Shown here in pieces: positions 25,721-36,343 of a stretch of DNA of 64,000 bases (its first letter is position 1; each line of letters starts with the position of its first letter). The notes under the pieces are model-generated. The model worked only from the letters and a program-made list of their open reading frames with translations. It was not told where the DNA came from and searched no databases. The stretch lies in the IMG/VR virus record IMGVR_UViG_3300010352_000625, positions 142,670-206,669 of that record, one strand, 5' to 3'. The translations under genes were made by a program, and so were the position numbers. This DNA is from a virus (lineage: Duplodnaviria > Caudoviricetes).

Positions 25721-25966
25721 TTATTCCTTCGCTTCCTTTAGTAATTCTTCTGCATTTTCTTTCATATATTTAGATACTTTAATATAACCTTGCGTATTGT
25801 TGTTATCATCGAAACCTCTAAATTTAACTCTAGCTGGGTATGCTTCTAATATTTTATCATCTTTCATAACAACAACTATAGACCAACCAAATATATGCAA
25901 TTGCTGATTAATCCACCATAACAAACCTGAATTTCTAAATTCTTCTCATGTTTTTCTATTTATCAT
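25721..25966 (-). pseudogene. Phage protein with in-frame TGA at codon 7 (25946-25948)
   Basis: GAGG RBS then MINRKT*EEFRNSGLLWWINQQLH...RVKFRGF in a single frame. Confidence 0.75.
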
Positions 25967-26179
25967 ATTATTACCTCTAAATAAATCTGAAATTATTTCT
26001 GTAACATTTGGTCATATTCATATTCAATTATTTCTTGTTCAGTTGGAGCTAAATATCTAAGTTCTCCGCAATATCTACATTTCCAACTTCGGTGACAAAG
26101 TTCTGTACTATAAGGAATCATATCTTTAGAGCCACATTTTAGACATTTAAATTCTTCATTTTTCATTCTTCACACCTTC

Positions 26180-26629
26180 TTATTTATTCTTTCCTATGTA
26201 ATGAGCATATGTATTATATGAATCATATGTATTTCCTATAACTTCTGTTATATAACACTGTGATAACATTTTTGCATCTATATTTGCACTATCTTCACCT
26301 TTTCGTGGAAAATGTACATTCCAACAATTAGTCCATCGGCAATATGTAACTACTCCAATATTATACGTTTGAGTTTCAAAATTATATGATTTAATAATAT
26401 CTCTATTAAATATTTTAATTCCATTCATATCTACTCTACCAGAGCATCTAACTATTGTATTTGGGTCTACATGTAAAAATTGATAATATTTAAAAGGGTC
26501 ATCAATATGTGTTATTATTAGGTCAGGCGTAGAAGTACCATCGATATTTCTAGTTAATATAAAAAATCCTTCCACCCATTTACCATCTTTTGTTTTTGCT
26601 TTACATAAATGTTCTATATATTCATTCAT
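26180..26629 (-). CDS. YopX family protein
   Basis: KAKT.DGKWVEG; G..D.NG.KIF..DI; EVIGN.YD. Confidence 0.8.
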   Translation of the reverse strand: MNEYIEHLCKAKTKDGKWVEGFFILTRNIDGTSTPDLIITHIDDPFKYYQFLHVDPNTIVRCSGRVDMNGIKIFNRDIIKSYNFETQTYNIGVVTYCRWTNCWNVHFPRKGEDSANIDAKMLSQCYITEVIGNTYDSYNTYAHYIGKNK

Positions 26630-26640
26630 TTTAAAAATCT

Positions 26641-27681
26641 CTAATTAAACACTCTATCAATTACTGTTGACAAGTAAGTTGAATCATATGAAAATTCTTC
26701 ACCTTTACTCTTTTTTTCTTCCATCATTTTTCTTAGACATTCGATAGTATGCAGAAAATATAGACTATCAACTCCAACTAGTTGATCTTCTAGTACATTA
26801 ATATCTTGCAAATTCAGTTCGCTAATCTGAAATGCCATTTTTAATATCTGACCAGCATTAATTTTCCACCCACGATTAATAAATTTTCTCATTCTCATTA
26901 CTGAACAAATAGGATATTTACTACCAACATATTTTAGTTCCTTATTCAATATTGCATCCAAGGCATCAACTGTATAATGTACTTTTTTATCCCATGAAGT
27001 CCAATAACACATACAATGTACATAATCAAATGTTTCATGTATCTGAGTGGGTGAACCATAAAAACGTATAACCAATTGTATTTTATCAGATAGTGTGATT
27101 GCATTAGTTGACAAAAATACAGGCATATATCTTTTCTCTGTGTCATTCAATTTATCAATTTCACGACTTGAAATTTCGTCAGACTCTTTGATTGTATTCA
27201 TATAAACTTCAGTGCCAAGTTCACTATTACTACTGGCAATTCCATCTGAATTAACAATAACTTTAATTCTATCTGTTGTAGTATTCGTTATCATACCTGA
27301 AGGAATATCATCATCATTGTAATATCCATAAGCAAATGAGGTTAATTTTTTATTATTAGCTTTATATTCTTCTACATCTTTACCATCTAATACCCATGCA
27401 TGAAGAACTTTTCCTAATTTATTTTCTCGATTTTGATTATTATCATTAAAAATATTACAGTAATATTGTGCCACCCTTTTTGTAATATCTTTATTTCTAA
27501 AATATATATCAAAATCATTTGGTGTTTCATTATTAATTAGTGATACTATACAACCACCAGTTACTATAATATTATCTTTAATATCTCTTGCTAGATCTAT
27601 ATCTGTAATTGATGTTACCCAATCGTTTATTTTATTATCAATTACTTTACTTACTTTAGTTTTTCTCATTCTGTATACCAT
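26641..27681 (-). CDS. Phage nucleotidyltransferase-fold protein
   Basis: GGCI.S....E..NDFDIYF; NAITLS.KIQ; FD.VHC; R.RKF..RGW. Confidence 0.65.
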   Translation of the reverse strand: MVYRMRKTKVSKVIDNKINDWVTSITDIDLARDIKDNIIVTGGCIVSLINNETPNDFDIYFRNKDITKRVAQYYCNIFNDNNQNRENKLGKVLHAWVLDGKDVEEYKANNKKLTSFAYGYYNDDDIPSGMITNTTTDRIKVIVNSDGIASSNSELGTEVYMNTIKESDEISSREIDKLNDTEKRYMPVFLSTNAITLSDKIQLVIRFYGSPTQIHETFDYVHCMCYWTSWDKKVHYTVDALDAILNKELKYVGSKYPICSVMRMRKFINRGWKINAGQILKMAFQISELNLQDINVLEDQLVGVDSLYFLHTIECLRKMMEEKKSKGEEFSYDSTYLSTVIDRVFN

Positions 27682-27964
27682 CCTTTTAATATTTATTTTA
27701 ATTATAACATGTTATATATGATTAATTACACTATATCATGTATAATTTAAAGTATTTAATTATAATTCTTAAATACTCCATTATTACTCTTATAGTTTAG
27801 ATAATCATTTTTAAGTTCTAGCATAGCTTCTCTGCGTACTTCATGTCTATACATAAGTTTTTCCCCTGTATACTTATCAATCATATCTTCAGGTTCAAAA
27901 GCCAGTTTAAGCAAACTCATCAGTTCTACTACCATATCTTTATTCTTCATTTTTATATTCCCCT

Positions 27965-28324
27965 TTATTCTTCTATGTTTTCTATATAATTTTTTATTTT
28001 TTTATTATATCTTTTTATTTCTTGTCTATGCTTAAATTTATTGAAAACTTTTTTATCTACTAATTTTTTACCTCTACATGTAATACTATTCTTTTGTTGT
28101 TTATTTCTTCTGTGAGTTTCTTTAGTATATACATCTTGGCCGACATTTGCTTTATTAAAATTATTTTTAGGACTAATTCCACCGGAAATTTTTTTATATA
28201 ATGAACCATCTGGAAGTATTATACAATCACTTATATTTCTTCTTAAATTTCTATTAGTCATTTTTCGTATAGTTTTATTCATATACTGTCTACGTTTATA
28301 GTTAGTATAAAAACTTCTAGACAT
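27965..28324 (-). CDS. Basic hypothetical protein
   Basis: MSRS.. start, K/R-rich; GAGG RBS. Confidence 0.6.
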   Translation of the reverse strand: MSRSFYTNYKRRQYMNKTIRKMTNRNLRRNISDCIILPDGSLYKKISGGISPKNNFNKANVGQDVYTKETHRRNKQQKNSITCRGKKLVDKKVFNKFKHRQEIKRYNKKIKNYIENIEE

Positions 28325-28564
28325 TAGTAGTAATCACCTCAATCAGTAGTATCTTCTGTTATATCACTATTTATATTTCTAGATGGATAACTTTCAAATG
28401 TTCTAGTTATTTGTACATCTGCACCTATATCATTTTTATTTAACAATTTAACTAACTTTTCTACTACTCTATCAACTATCTTATTATTTGTTGTAAACAC
28501 TGAAAATTTAATAGTCACATCATTTGTATATCTAAATTTTTCCGTCATTTTATATTCTCCTTAT

Positions 28565-29089
28565 TTAAACAAGTATTCCTTCAAAATCACTATTCAATCT
28601 ATGATATTTCTTAATCTCAGGACTATCAGACCCATATTTCTCAGCTATAGTTGAATATCCTTCATATATCATATCTGGTTTTCTAAGTTTAATTTTAACT
28701 GTGCCATCATCGTTGTGTGTCGGCAAACCTTTCTTTTCAAATATTTCAATCTGATTCAATGCACCATCAATCACAGCCTGTTTTTCTAAATCAGTAATAT
28801 CTTCCCAATATTCAGTATCAAGCTGTATTTCAATATCAATTTTTTTAAGCAGTCTGTCTTTTGCGTTATTATATTTTACTTTATAAGGAAGATTCTTAAA
28901 TGTTGGCAATACTGCACCACTCTTATCATCTTCTGTAGTTACATATATCAAAGCAAATCTGATATTATAACCATTAAGATTCTGATAATCTTCTGTTTGC
29001 AACATTTCATTCAATATTTCCCTGTCTTCTGTACTTGCATATTCATATCTAATATTTGTACTCAATTTATCTCCTCCATTAATATTCAT
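28565..29089 (-). CDS. Phage metallopeptidase-like domain, probably inactive
   Basis: W..I....KQAVID and LRKPD...Y..I.EKYG pattern, but HExxH replaced by GALNQ. Confidence 0.5.
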   Translation of the reverse strand: MNINGGDKLSTNIRYEYASTEDREILNEMLQTEDYQNLNGYNIRFALIYVTTEDDKSGAVLPTFKNLPYKVKYNNAKDRLLKKIDIEIQLDTEYWEDITDLEKQAVIDGALNQIEIFEKKGLPTHNDDGTVKIKLRKPDMIYEGYSTIAEKYGSDSPEIKKYHRLNSDFEGILV

Positions 29090-29513
29090 TTCTTAATATG
29101 TCTATTATATCACAATCATTGACTTTTGTCAAGACTTTAATATATAGTTTATTTATTTTTTAAATATAAAAATAGGTTCATATTTAACACCTTTATCTGA
29201 TACAGTTATTATTATACAACAATTTAGATTCATCAAATTTGATAAGTTTATTCAATTCTTTTTTGATATCATAGCTATCCTTAGTATAATTAGGAAATCC
29301 TACTATTTTATAATACTGAAATATTTTATCTAATTCTTCATCTATATTATTATCACTAACTATATAATTATTAATATCTATCAAATAATTTATGCACCTC
29401 TATTCTTTTATATAATCATTTTATTAATTATTAATTATATTATAATTAATAAAATTAATAATATAAGTTAAATCAATAATTAATATTACATATATTCTAA
29501 GGAGTGTCTAACA

Positions 29514-29852
29514 ATGTCTTCTATTGCATGGGATAATTTTTTAAAACCAAATTTTAAAACTGAATTTTTTCTGAGAAACATTCGTTCATTTGACCTCGAC
29601 ACAAAATACAACTATGAAGAATTTTTAGACAATCCTAAATCTTATTCTATGGTTTTTGCTGATACATACGATAGTAACTATATTGATGATGATATTGATA
29701 TTGATGCTATAACACTAATTAATATGAGAGAACAACAGAACATTATCAATAATATCGATACTAATTTAGAACAACAATTTAATGACCAAATGGTCAGTAC
29801 TAATGATGAATATTATATCGAAGATGATGAATATGAAGAAGATGAATATTAA
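29514..29852 (+). CDS. Highly acidic protein on the opposite strand
   Basis: AGGAG RBS; D/E-rich C-terminus. Confidence 0.7.
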   Translation: MSSIAWDNFLKPNFKTEFFLRNIRSFDLDTKYNYEEFLDNPKSYSMVFADTYDSNYIDDDIDIDAITLINMREQQNIINNIDTNLEQQFNDQMVSTNDEYYIEDDEYEEDEY

Positions 29853-30544
29853 TCTCTCGCTTCATATTTATAATAATCATCCACAATACTAGTTAGAAAC
29901 TTGACATCTAAATTATCTGGCAAATTAGATTCAGCAATTCTATACAAATTTTCTTTACATAAATAATTTGAATATTCAAGCAACATCTCAAAATCGATGT
30001 ATCCATTTTTGATATCAGTTGGTTTGTAAGCCCCTTCTAATGGAAACTCAATTCTACCGATATCAATTAGCTGTCTAATCTCTAAGTTTAATCTATAAGC
30101 ATTAGCTAGATATTTACAAGCTTTATTAAAATCAGTTAAATTAAGAATTTGCTTTAAATTGCTTTCAGCACAATACACAAAAGAAGTGATTCTTTTGCTG
30201 ATAAATCTATAATTATTGAATAATACTCTTTCCTTAAAGAATCTACTCTCATTAATTCTAACAGATTCTTTATTAACAAACAACATTTCAGTACAAGCAA
30301 TATCACCTTTAGCTAACATGTTAAAAAATTTACATAGTGAATAATAGCCATATTCAATTGTATCTTTATCTGATTTTTCATTATTATTTTTATTTCTGAA
30401 ATTTTTAGTATCAATAGCTAGTTCTGTACCATTCAATACATTACGTTTCTCTGGAGCATAAACACCTTTAATATCTAAATCACTTTCTGGGGTATGCGTA
30501 CCGTATAATCTAGACCCATGTACTACTTCATATAATACATACAT
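29849..30544 (-). CDS. DNA polymerase beta-superfamily nucleotidyltransferase
   Basis: GSRLYGT..PESDLD.KG. Confidence 0.85.
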   Translation of the reverse strand: MYVLYEVVHGSRLYGTHTPESDLDIKGVYAPEKRNVLNGTELAIDTKNFRNKNNNEKSDKDTIEYGYYSLCKFFNMLAKGDIACTEMLFVNKESVRINESRFFKERVLFNNYRFISKRITSFVYCAESNLKQILNLTDFNKACKYLANAYRLNLEIRQLIDIGRIEFPLEGAYKPTDIKNGYIDFEMLLEYSNYLCKENLYRIAESNLPDNLDVKFLTSIVDDYYKYEARD

Positions 30545-30581
30545 TGTTTTATATCTTCCTTCATTTTTAAAATTTACATTA

Positions 30582-30998
30582 TTATATGCTATCTTTACTC
30601 ATTTGATGTAAAAGTTCTGTAATATCTTTTATTATTGCATAATTCAAATCATGTGTTGTAGCTACTGTAACAATATACATACCATCATCATCTTTATATC
30701 TTTCAGCTAAACCTCTCAATTTAGCTTGCATACCTTCTCTGTCAAAATCAGTTCCATATTTAATTAATGAAGGTATATCACGTATAATTATTTGTCTTTT
30801 ATTATCAACATTGTCATAAAATATATTTTTATTGTTTATATCATCTGCTTCATTGATTATTATATGTAAAACAGTCAAACAATTATAAAGAATTGAATTT
30901 CTGTTTTTATTAAATTCAACATGCATTTTATCAGCTATAATTTGTGCTAACCAACTTGTATCTGTAAGTTCTCTAGTTTTTATTTTCAGTTTAATCAT
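30582..30998 (-). CDS. Hypothetical protein
   Basis: Downstream of a consensus promoter (~31017-31046). Confidence 0.6.
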   Translation of the reverse strand: MIKLKIKTRELTDTSWLAQIIADKMHVEFNKNRNSILYNCLTVLHIIINEADDINNKNIFYDNVDNKRQIIIRDIPSLIKYGTDFDREGMQAKLRGLAERYKDDDGMYIVTVATTHDLNYAIIKDITELLHQMSKDSI

Positions 30999-31114
30999 TC
31001 CTTTCTATTTAATATATATTATATCATATATATAATGATTTGTCAATCAAAGATCATAAAAAAATGAATATACGAGTATATTCATTTTAAATTTTATTAA
31101 TTATTATTTAATTT

Positions 31115-31333
31115 TTAGAAATTCGAATTTGGTAATGGATATTTACCTTTAATAAACTTACTAAAATATGAACCTTTACTTGGTGCATTTTTAAATGCCA
31201 ACCAAACTTCTTCATTTACATTATAATAAGTATAAGTTTTACCCGTAGCAAATGTTACTTGAAGTTCTTTTTTATCTTTATCATAACTAGCTTTTGTCAT
31301 TCTTGTGCTACTAACAATATTAATATCTTCCAT
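31115..31333 (-). CDS. KTSC domain protein
   Basis: V.S......YD....L.V.F..G..Y.Y.NV...W..F..A.SKGSYF...IKG.Y. Confidence 0.9.
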   Translation of the reverse strand: MEDINIVSSTRMTKASYDKDKKELQVTFATGKTYTYYNVNEEVWLAFKNAPSKGSYFSKFIKGKYPLPNSNF

Positions 31334-31363
31334 TCTCTCATTCTCCTTTATTGAATATTATAT

Positions 31364-33397
31364 TTATCTTTTTTCTATATTATTGACAAAATATTTGTAA
31401 TAAACTTGTTTATTTTCTTCTAAATCATCAGTTAATTTAATCAATTCCAGATATTCATTAGATGTTTTGTCATATCTTGGTATCATTTCTTTTTTTATAA
31501 AATTTATAATATTACAAAAATATATTGCATGATCACGTAAGTCACTAGAATACTTTACTTCATTATTCATTATATTATCCATATCCATCATTTTCTGTAA
31601 TTTAGATATCATATCTTCATATTCCGCACCAATAGAATCAAAATCTAACCCAATATCAGACATATTTTTTCTTATTTCTTGTTCTAATTTATTATGTTTC
31701 TGTAATGCATTATTATCATGATATTCTTCAGATTTCCACCATAATTCATTTAATATTTTTAATTTATCAATAATATCTTTTATTTTTCCTTCTCTATCAT
31801 CATTATCAATTATATTAGATTCTTCTAGTGCATTGTTATTACTTAATAGTTTTTCGGCAACTTTGTCTAAAGCAGAATTAATTTCATCTACTGATAAATA
31901 TTTTTTCCATTTATTATATAATCTCAATTTCAGTCCATCAGGAAGTAATTTAAATATTTTTAACCCACTACCATCAAAAGTTTTATTTTTATTGCCTTTA
32001 TTCATGTATTTATAAAAATATTTTTCATCAATTTTCTTTTTTTCATTATTAACTGCATTATATAATTCTTGAAAATCTACATCAGACATTTTCATATTAT
32101 CATTATCAATTATATTAGATTCTTCTACTGCTATTTCTTTTTTGTTGGGGTTATATAATTTATCTGCTCCAGATTCTCTAACTATAACAGCATCACCAGA
32201 CGGATTTATATGAATCATATAAGACATACTATTACTTATTCCCTTGTAGCCGTGGTATTCAATACCATCAATAACTTCAGGAGTATTTAATCTCATAACT
32301 TCATCTAAATATATTCTATGTTTAAAATAATCAACATAAGGTCTAGTTTCATCACTATCTGAATCTTCGACATATTCATATTCTATAGGTATATAATAAT
32401 CTTCAATATCTTCTGGTACAGTATTACTTACTATAGTACTTTCTTCTAGTACATTTCTGATAATTTCATCTAACAACGCACTCACGCCCTCACTATATGC
32501 GTTAATCTCCTCATCTATGGCGATTTCTTTTATAGTTTGAAAAATAGAAGGAAATTCGTTGATTAAAATTTCATATGTTGTTGCTCCCAACATGTGTTTT
32601 TCTTTTTCCTCCTTTATCCGCATCTTTAAGGTTTTCTTTTGATCCCCTGCATAGTCCAATGCGAGGCTGTCGAGGTCTTGAACGCAATCTGTCCAGTCCC
32701 ACGCCGAAAACGTGGTGATGCAGAGGTCAGTACCGTTCCACGTGGATTCAGGTTCACTGTAATTTCCCACATATGTCCAAGTGTACAATTTTCCGCTTGG
32801 CTCAATCGCTAGTCCCTTGTGTACGTTCTGGTTAGTGCCTTCACACTCCCGATATAAGTCAACCATTTTTTCTTCTATTGCATCGCGGTTATCTTCCAAA
32901 ACTTTTTTCCAGTTTGTTTCATCATCATTATCAATTATATTAGATTCTTCCAATATATTGTCCATATCAGAAGGTTCTATTTCTATATTATCTTCAGGTT
33001 CAATTATTCCAGTAACTTTAAATTTTTTAACTAATGCAAAAAATTCTCTAGTAAGCAAATTCCAATATAATTTATCAACTTGTTCATCTGAATACTTTGA
33101 AGATTCTTCACTACTCTGGTCAAACCAATATTCTATTTTTGCTCTCATATCAAAATAAGAATAATCAAACTGTAAAGGCAGTCCTTTTAACCATTCTATA
33201 AATGCATTATATTCTCCAATTTGTCTAATCTTCCAACTAAATTGGTCTTTAAATTCAGCATAAACACAATTAAGTGCAGAAGCTGTATCAGTATAATTTT
33301 CTATCTCATATTCTTCTGCATATTGTTGTGCCGCTTCTATAATTTCTTTTCTGATTCTTTCTTTTACTTCTCTTTGCATTGATATTTTAATACCCAT
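31364..33397 (-). CDS. Modular polyprotein with repeated (L/V)EESNIIDND linkers
   Basis: Three exact 27-bp repeats and one diverged copy separate unrelated modules; internal EPSDMDNILEE tag. Confidence 0.75.
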   Translation of the reverse strand: MGIKISMQREVKERIRKEIIEAAQQYAEEYEIENYTDTASALNCVYAEFKDQFSWKIRQIGEYNAFIEWLKGLPLQFDYSYFDMRAKIEYWFDQSSEESSKYSDEQVDKLYWNLLTREFFALVKKFKVTGIIEPEDNIEIEPSDMDNILEESNIIDNDDETNWKKVLEDNRDAIEEKMVDLYRECEGTNQNVHKGLAIEPSGKLYTWTYVGNYSEPESTWNGTDLCITTFSAWDWTDCVQDLDSLALDYAGDQKKTLKMRIKEEKEKHMLGATTYEILINEFPSIFQTIKEIAIDEEINAYSEGVSALLDEIIRNVLEESTIVSNTVPEDIEDYYIPIEYEYVEDSDSDETRPYVDYFKHRIYLDEVMRLNTPEVIDGIEYHGYKGISNSMSYMIHINPSGDAVIVRESGADKLYNPNKKEIAVEESNIIDNDNMKMSDVDFQELYNAVNNEKKKIDEKYFYKYMNKGNKNKTFDGSGLKIFKLLPDGLKLRLYNKWKKYLSVDEINSALDKVAEKLLSNNNALEESNIIDNDDREGKIKDIIDKLKILNELWWKSEEYHDNNALQKHNKLEQEIRKNMSDIGLDFDSIGAEYEDMISKLQKMMDMDNIMNNEVKYSSDLRDHAIYFCNIINFIKKEMIPRYDKTSNEYLELIKLTDDLEENKQVYYKYFVNNIEKR
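31799..32950. repeat. 27-bp direct repeat ATCATTATCAATTATATTAGATTCTTC
   Basis: Copies at 31799-31825, 32099-32125, 32924-32950, and 40974-41000; diverged copy near 32423-32449. Confidence 0.9.
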
Positions 33398-33428
33398 ATT
33401 TTATTAACTCCTTTGAATATATTATAAT

Positions 33429-33773
33429 TTAATAACCTTCTAAATTAATAACTTTATAAATTGCTTTACCTAAATTTACATAATTTTTTTCCCAATAATC
33501 GGTTATTTTACTTAACAATTCTGATGCTTCTTGTGTCTGTAAAATATAAGAATTATCAGTGTTAAAATCTATAGCAATAAATGGTGTACTCCAATTAATA
33601 GTAATTTCACCTACTATATTATTATCTTTATCTTTATAAATATAGATTTCGTCTTTCCCTTGTTTTTTAATTTCATATTTTAATTTTGAATTTATATTTG
33701 ACCCATCTACTAAAAAAGTATTCATATCCATTGGTTTTATATTTCTATTCATTATATCAACTCCAATATTCAA
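33429..33773 (-). CDS. Hypothetical protein with KPMDMN tag
   Basis: MNRNIKPMDMNTFL. Confidence 0.65.
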   Translation of the reverse strand: MNIGVDIMNRNIKPMDMNTFLVDGSNINSKLKYEIKKQGKDEIYIYKDKDNNIVGEITINWSTPFIAIDFNTDNSYILQTQEASELLSKITDYWEKNYVNLGKAIYKVINLEGY

Positions 33774-33823
33774 TTAGTTATTATAATCTCATATTAATTT
33801 GATTTTTTAATACTAATATTTAA

Positions 33824-34096
33824 TTAATCATCAACAAAAACGTCAGCTAAATCAATATTCCCACCATATTTAATAAACTTCTTAAAAAAATCATTACTGA
33901 GTTCTTTATATTTTTCATAATTGTCAGATGATATAATAGTCTGTTCATCATCTTTATCGAATTTAAGATACATCATAAATCTACCTGACACTTTATTTTC
34001 AATTATTTCTGCACCTGTTTTATGACTAAGTTTAGCTAAAGCTTTAATTTCATTATCGGAAATAACAATATCTTCAATATCCAACATATTAATCAC
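33824..34096 (-). CDS. Hypothetical protein
   Basis: ORF. Confidence 0.55.
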   Translation of the reverse strand: MINMLDIEDIVISDNEIKALAKLSHKTGAEIIENKVSGRFMMYLKFDKDDEQTIISSDNYEKYKELSNDFFKKFIKYGGNIDLADVFVDD

Positions 34097-34135
34097 TCTT
34101 TTTCATATTGATTTATAACACTTCTTACAACAACC

Positions 34136-34348
34136 TTATTTAAATATTTTATCGTAACAATCACCACATATACTAGAGATAAGAAGTTCCCTATCATCAG
34201 CTGAAAATTCTGGTAGAGCTTCTTGTATATTCATTTTACCAGCTTTCCATTGCACAAGTCTCTGATATTGTTCCTCAGTAAACTTAATTTTATGCATAAC
34301 ACCACATGATGCACATTTTATATTAATATAATATTGCGACATTTTCAT
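34136..34348 (-). CDS. Small zinc-binding protein
   Basis: CASCG...IQ.A.P.....RELLIS.IC..C. Confidence 0.7.
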   Translation of the reverse strand: MKMSQYYINIKCASCGVMHKIKFTEEQYQRLVQWKAGKMNIQEALPEFSADDRELLISSICGDCYDKIFK

Positions 34349-34431
34349 TTCCCCTTTTATTAACTTATTTAAAATAGTTGAGTTTAAATGAAATATATTT
34401 AATCAAATAAACTCAACTATTAATCAAAAAT

Positions 34432-35433
34432 CTAATTTACTGCAAATTCTACATCCATTACTTCATCATCTTCTGTTACTGTAAGCTTGTTCTTTTTCTT
34501 TAGGTCAGATACAAGGTCATCAATACTAGATTCCCAGTAAAACTTTGTAGCAAACATCTTAGTAATGCCAGCACCCAAATCTATCTTCTTCGTGTCAGCG
34601 TTAATAGCTCTAGTAGGAGTATAATCATGAGTTATAGCTTCAGTGCAGGCATTGTAAAAACCCCACTTCGTATAATCAAAATTATTATCAAGTCTGTTAG
34701 CAATCATCTTACTAACTCTCTTAGGAATATAATTCAACAAAAGTTCAACCCTATCTTCTGTTACGGATTGAGTTGTCCAATTTCTCCAATTAAGAGAGTA
34801 GCTACGAAAACCATTGATAAGTTGATGAGCATTATGACTAAATTCATTAAGATTAAATTTACTACCAAAATGCTTATAAGACATTGACATAAACTGTCTA
34901 GTAGCAATCATTCCATTAGTACAAACAAGTCTAACAGCATCAATATAAAATCCTACTGCCTGACTTCCATCATAGCTATTTACTATACGTATCATAGGTG
35001 AAATTTCATCGCCGGGTCTTACTTCAACACTATAATCTTTAATAGTATACAGACGTGTCATTAGGGAACCATCTTTTGAAAGTATAGTCTGAATATCAGT
35101 ATTGTTAAAAGACATACCTTCTTCTATCTTCTGAACAATATCCCCATGCTTAATCACAGGATATGAACTGGAAACTGTAGCAAGATACACGGGTTTACCG
35201 GAATTATCTTCTCTGAACAATGCTTTCTTGTCTGGTATTTCAATGCCATCAAAAGAAAGTTTGCGTTCCATTACATCAAAATTTAGCTTTGACCTATCAG
35301 GACCTGACCAACTATCTGTTACAAACATACCATACTTTGCTCTCCTTGCAATTTCTGTTCGATTATTTCTTACGCCACTATCATTAAATTTTACCGTCAT
35401 TTTAATATCCCCCTTTAATTTTGTGTTGCTCAT
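34432..35433 (-). CDS. DUF932/DUF945 family protein
   Basis: VS..Y.V..H; NSYDGS; RLVCTNG; W..YNA.TE. Confidence 0.85.
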   Translation of the reverse strand: MSNTKLKGDIKMTVKFNDSGVRNNRTEIARRAKYGMFVTDSWSGPDRSKLNFDVMERKLSFDGIEIPDKKALFREDNSGKPVYLATVSSSYPVIKHGDIVQKIEEGMSFNNTDIQTILSKDGSLMTRLYTIKDYSVEVRPGDEISPMIRIVNSYDGSQAVGFYIDAVRLVCTNGMIATRQFMSMSYKHFGSKFNLNEFSHNAHQLINGFRSYSLNWRNWTTQSVTEDRVELLLNYIPKRVSKMIANRLDNNFDYTKWGFYNACTEAITHDYTPTRAINADTKKIDLGAGITKMFATKFYWESSIDDLVSDLKKKNKLTVTEDDEVMDVEFAVN

Positions 35434-35511
35434 TCAATAAATATATTATATCATTATTTAGAGATAAAAGCAAGTTGTCCTAAAGTATACAAATTTTATT
35501 TTGTTTAATAT

Positions 35512-35847
35512 TTAAAAAAATCTATCTGCTATCTGTTGTTTATTGAAAACTTCACCAGTCATTTGGTAAATAAATTCTTTAATATGTCTTAGTGTTGTAT
35601 TACTATAAAACTCATTAACTGTTATTTTTTCTTTTATTCTATCATATTTAGCAACAATTGTTGAATAACTCATAAGTTCAATTATATTATCATCGGTGTA
35701 TATCAATTTAGCTTTTTCATAAAAACTCTTTCTTTTATCAAGTTGCGTATTCATATTTGATGTTATTATCATTATCTTATTCTTCTTTGATTTATAATTA
35801 TTCAGAATAATATAGCACGCCGTTTGATACTTCGTAATAGTTACCAT
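35512..35847 (-). CDS. Hypothetical protein (true start probably downstream of the listed one)
   Basis: RKSFY.KA..L.SY.T.VA..YS.TT.RHIKEF. Confidence 0.6.
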   Translation of the reverse strand: MVTITKYQTACYIILNNYKSKKNKIMIITSNMNTQLDKRKSFYEKAKLIYTDDNIIELMSYSTIVAKYDRIKEKITVNEFYSNTTLRHIKEFIYQMTGEVFNKQQIADRFF

Positions 35848-36319
35848 CTAACATCATATCTCTACCCATATTATCAAAATCTATATAATACTTAATTGAA
35901 TCAGGAATATCAAAACATTCATCTACATATTCTTTGGCAACTTGTGCCATAGACATACCTGAATAAAGAGTCCATTTATCAACTGTATTATCATTAATCA
36001 TTTCAATAATATCATTAACACTGTTTATAGTGTAATAATCTGATTCAAGTATAGAATCTAATACTTCCTGCTTATAGCCATCCATAAAATTATAAGCATC
36101 CTGTAATTCTACATAATCTTCTATTGTATCATCTTCATCAAAAAAATCTACTTCTATTGTATCAAAATCAGCTCTTAAAATAGTATAATTAACATCTTCT
36201 ATATCTTCTTCAGTGATACCAATTTCATTTAGTTTAATATAATCTTCTCGATAAAGGTCAACACTTACCCAACACTGCTCATCATTAGTGTTATTTTTAA
36301 TCAAAACTTGAATTTCCAT
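35798..36319 (-). CDS. ardA: ArdA-like antirestriction (DNA-mimic) protein
   Basis: Very acidic; C-terminal IP..I.YYIDF...GRD motif. Confidence 0.7.
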   Translation of the reverse strand: MEIQVLIKNNTNDEQCWVSVDLYREDYIKLNEIGITEEDIEDVNYTILRADFDTIEVDFFDEDDTIEDYVELQDAYNFMDGYKQEVLDSILESDYYTINSVNDIIEMINDNTVDKWTLYSGMSMAQVAKEYVDECFDIPDSIKYYIDFDNMGRDMMLDGNYYEVSNGVLYYSE

Positions 36320-36343
36320 TATTTTAATCTCCTTTAAATTGTT

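Noticed and set aside
21790-25948. Genome-wide stop-codon reassignment
   Set aside because: Only two internal stops, of different types; rtcB and other genes end normally at TAG or TGA; no suppressor tRNA seen
29193-29384. Functional DNA-modification gene
   Set aside because: 63 aa only; at most an N-terminal fragment, with no catalytic motif visible
31799-32950. 27-bp repeats as a CRISPR array
   Set aside because: Spacing is hundreds of bp, the repeats are in frame inside one ORF, and no cas genes are visible
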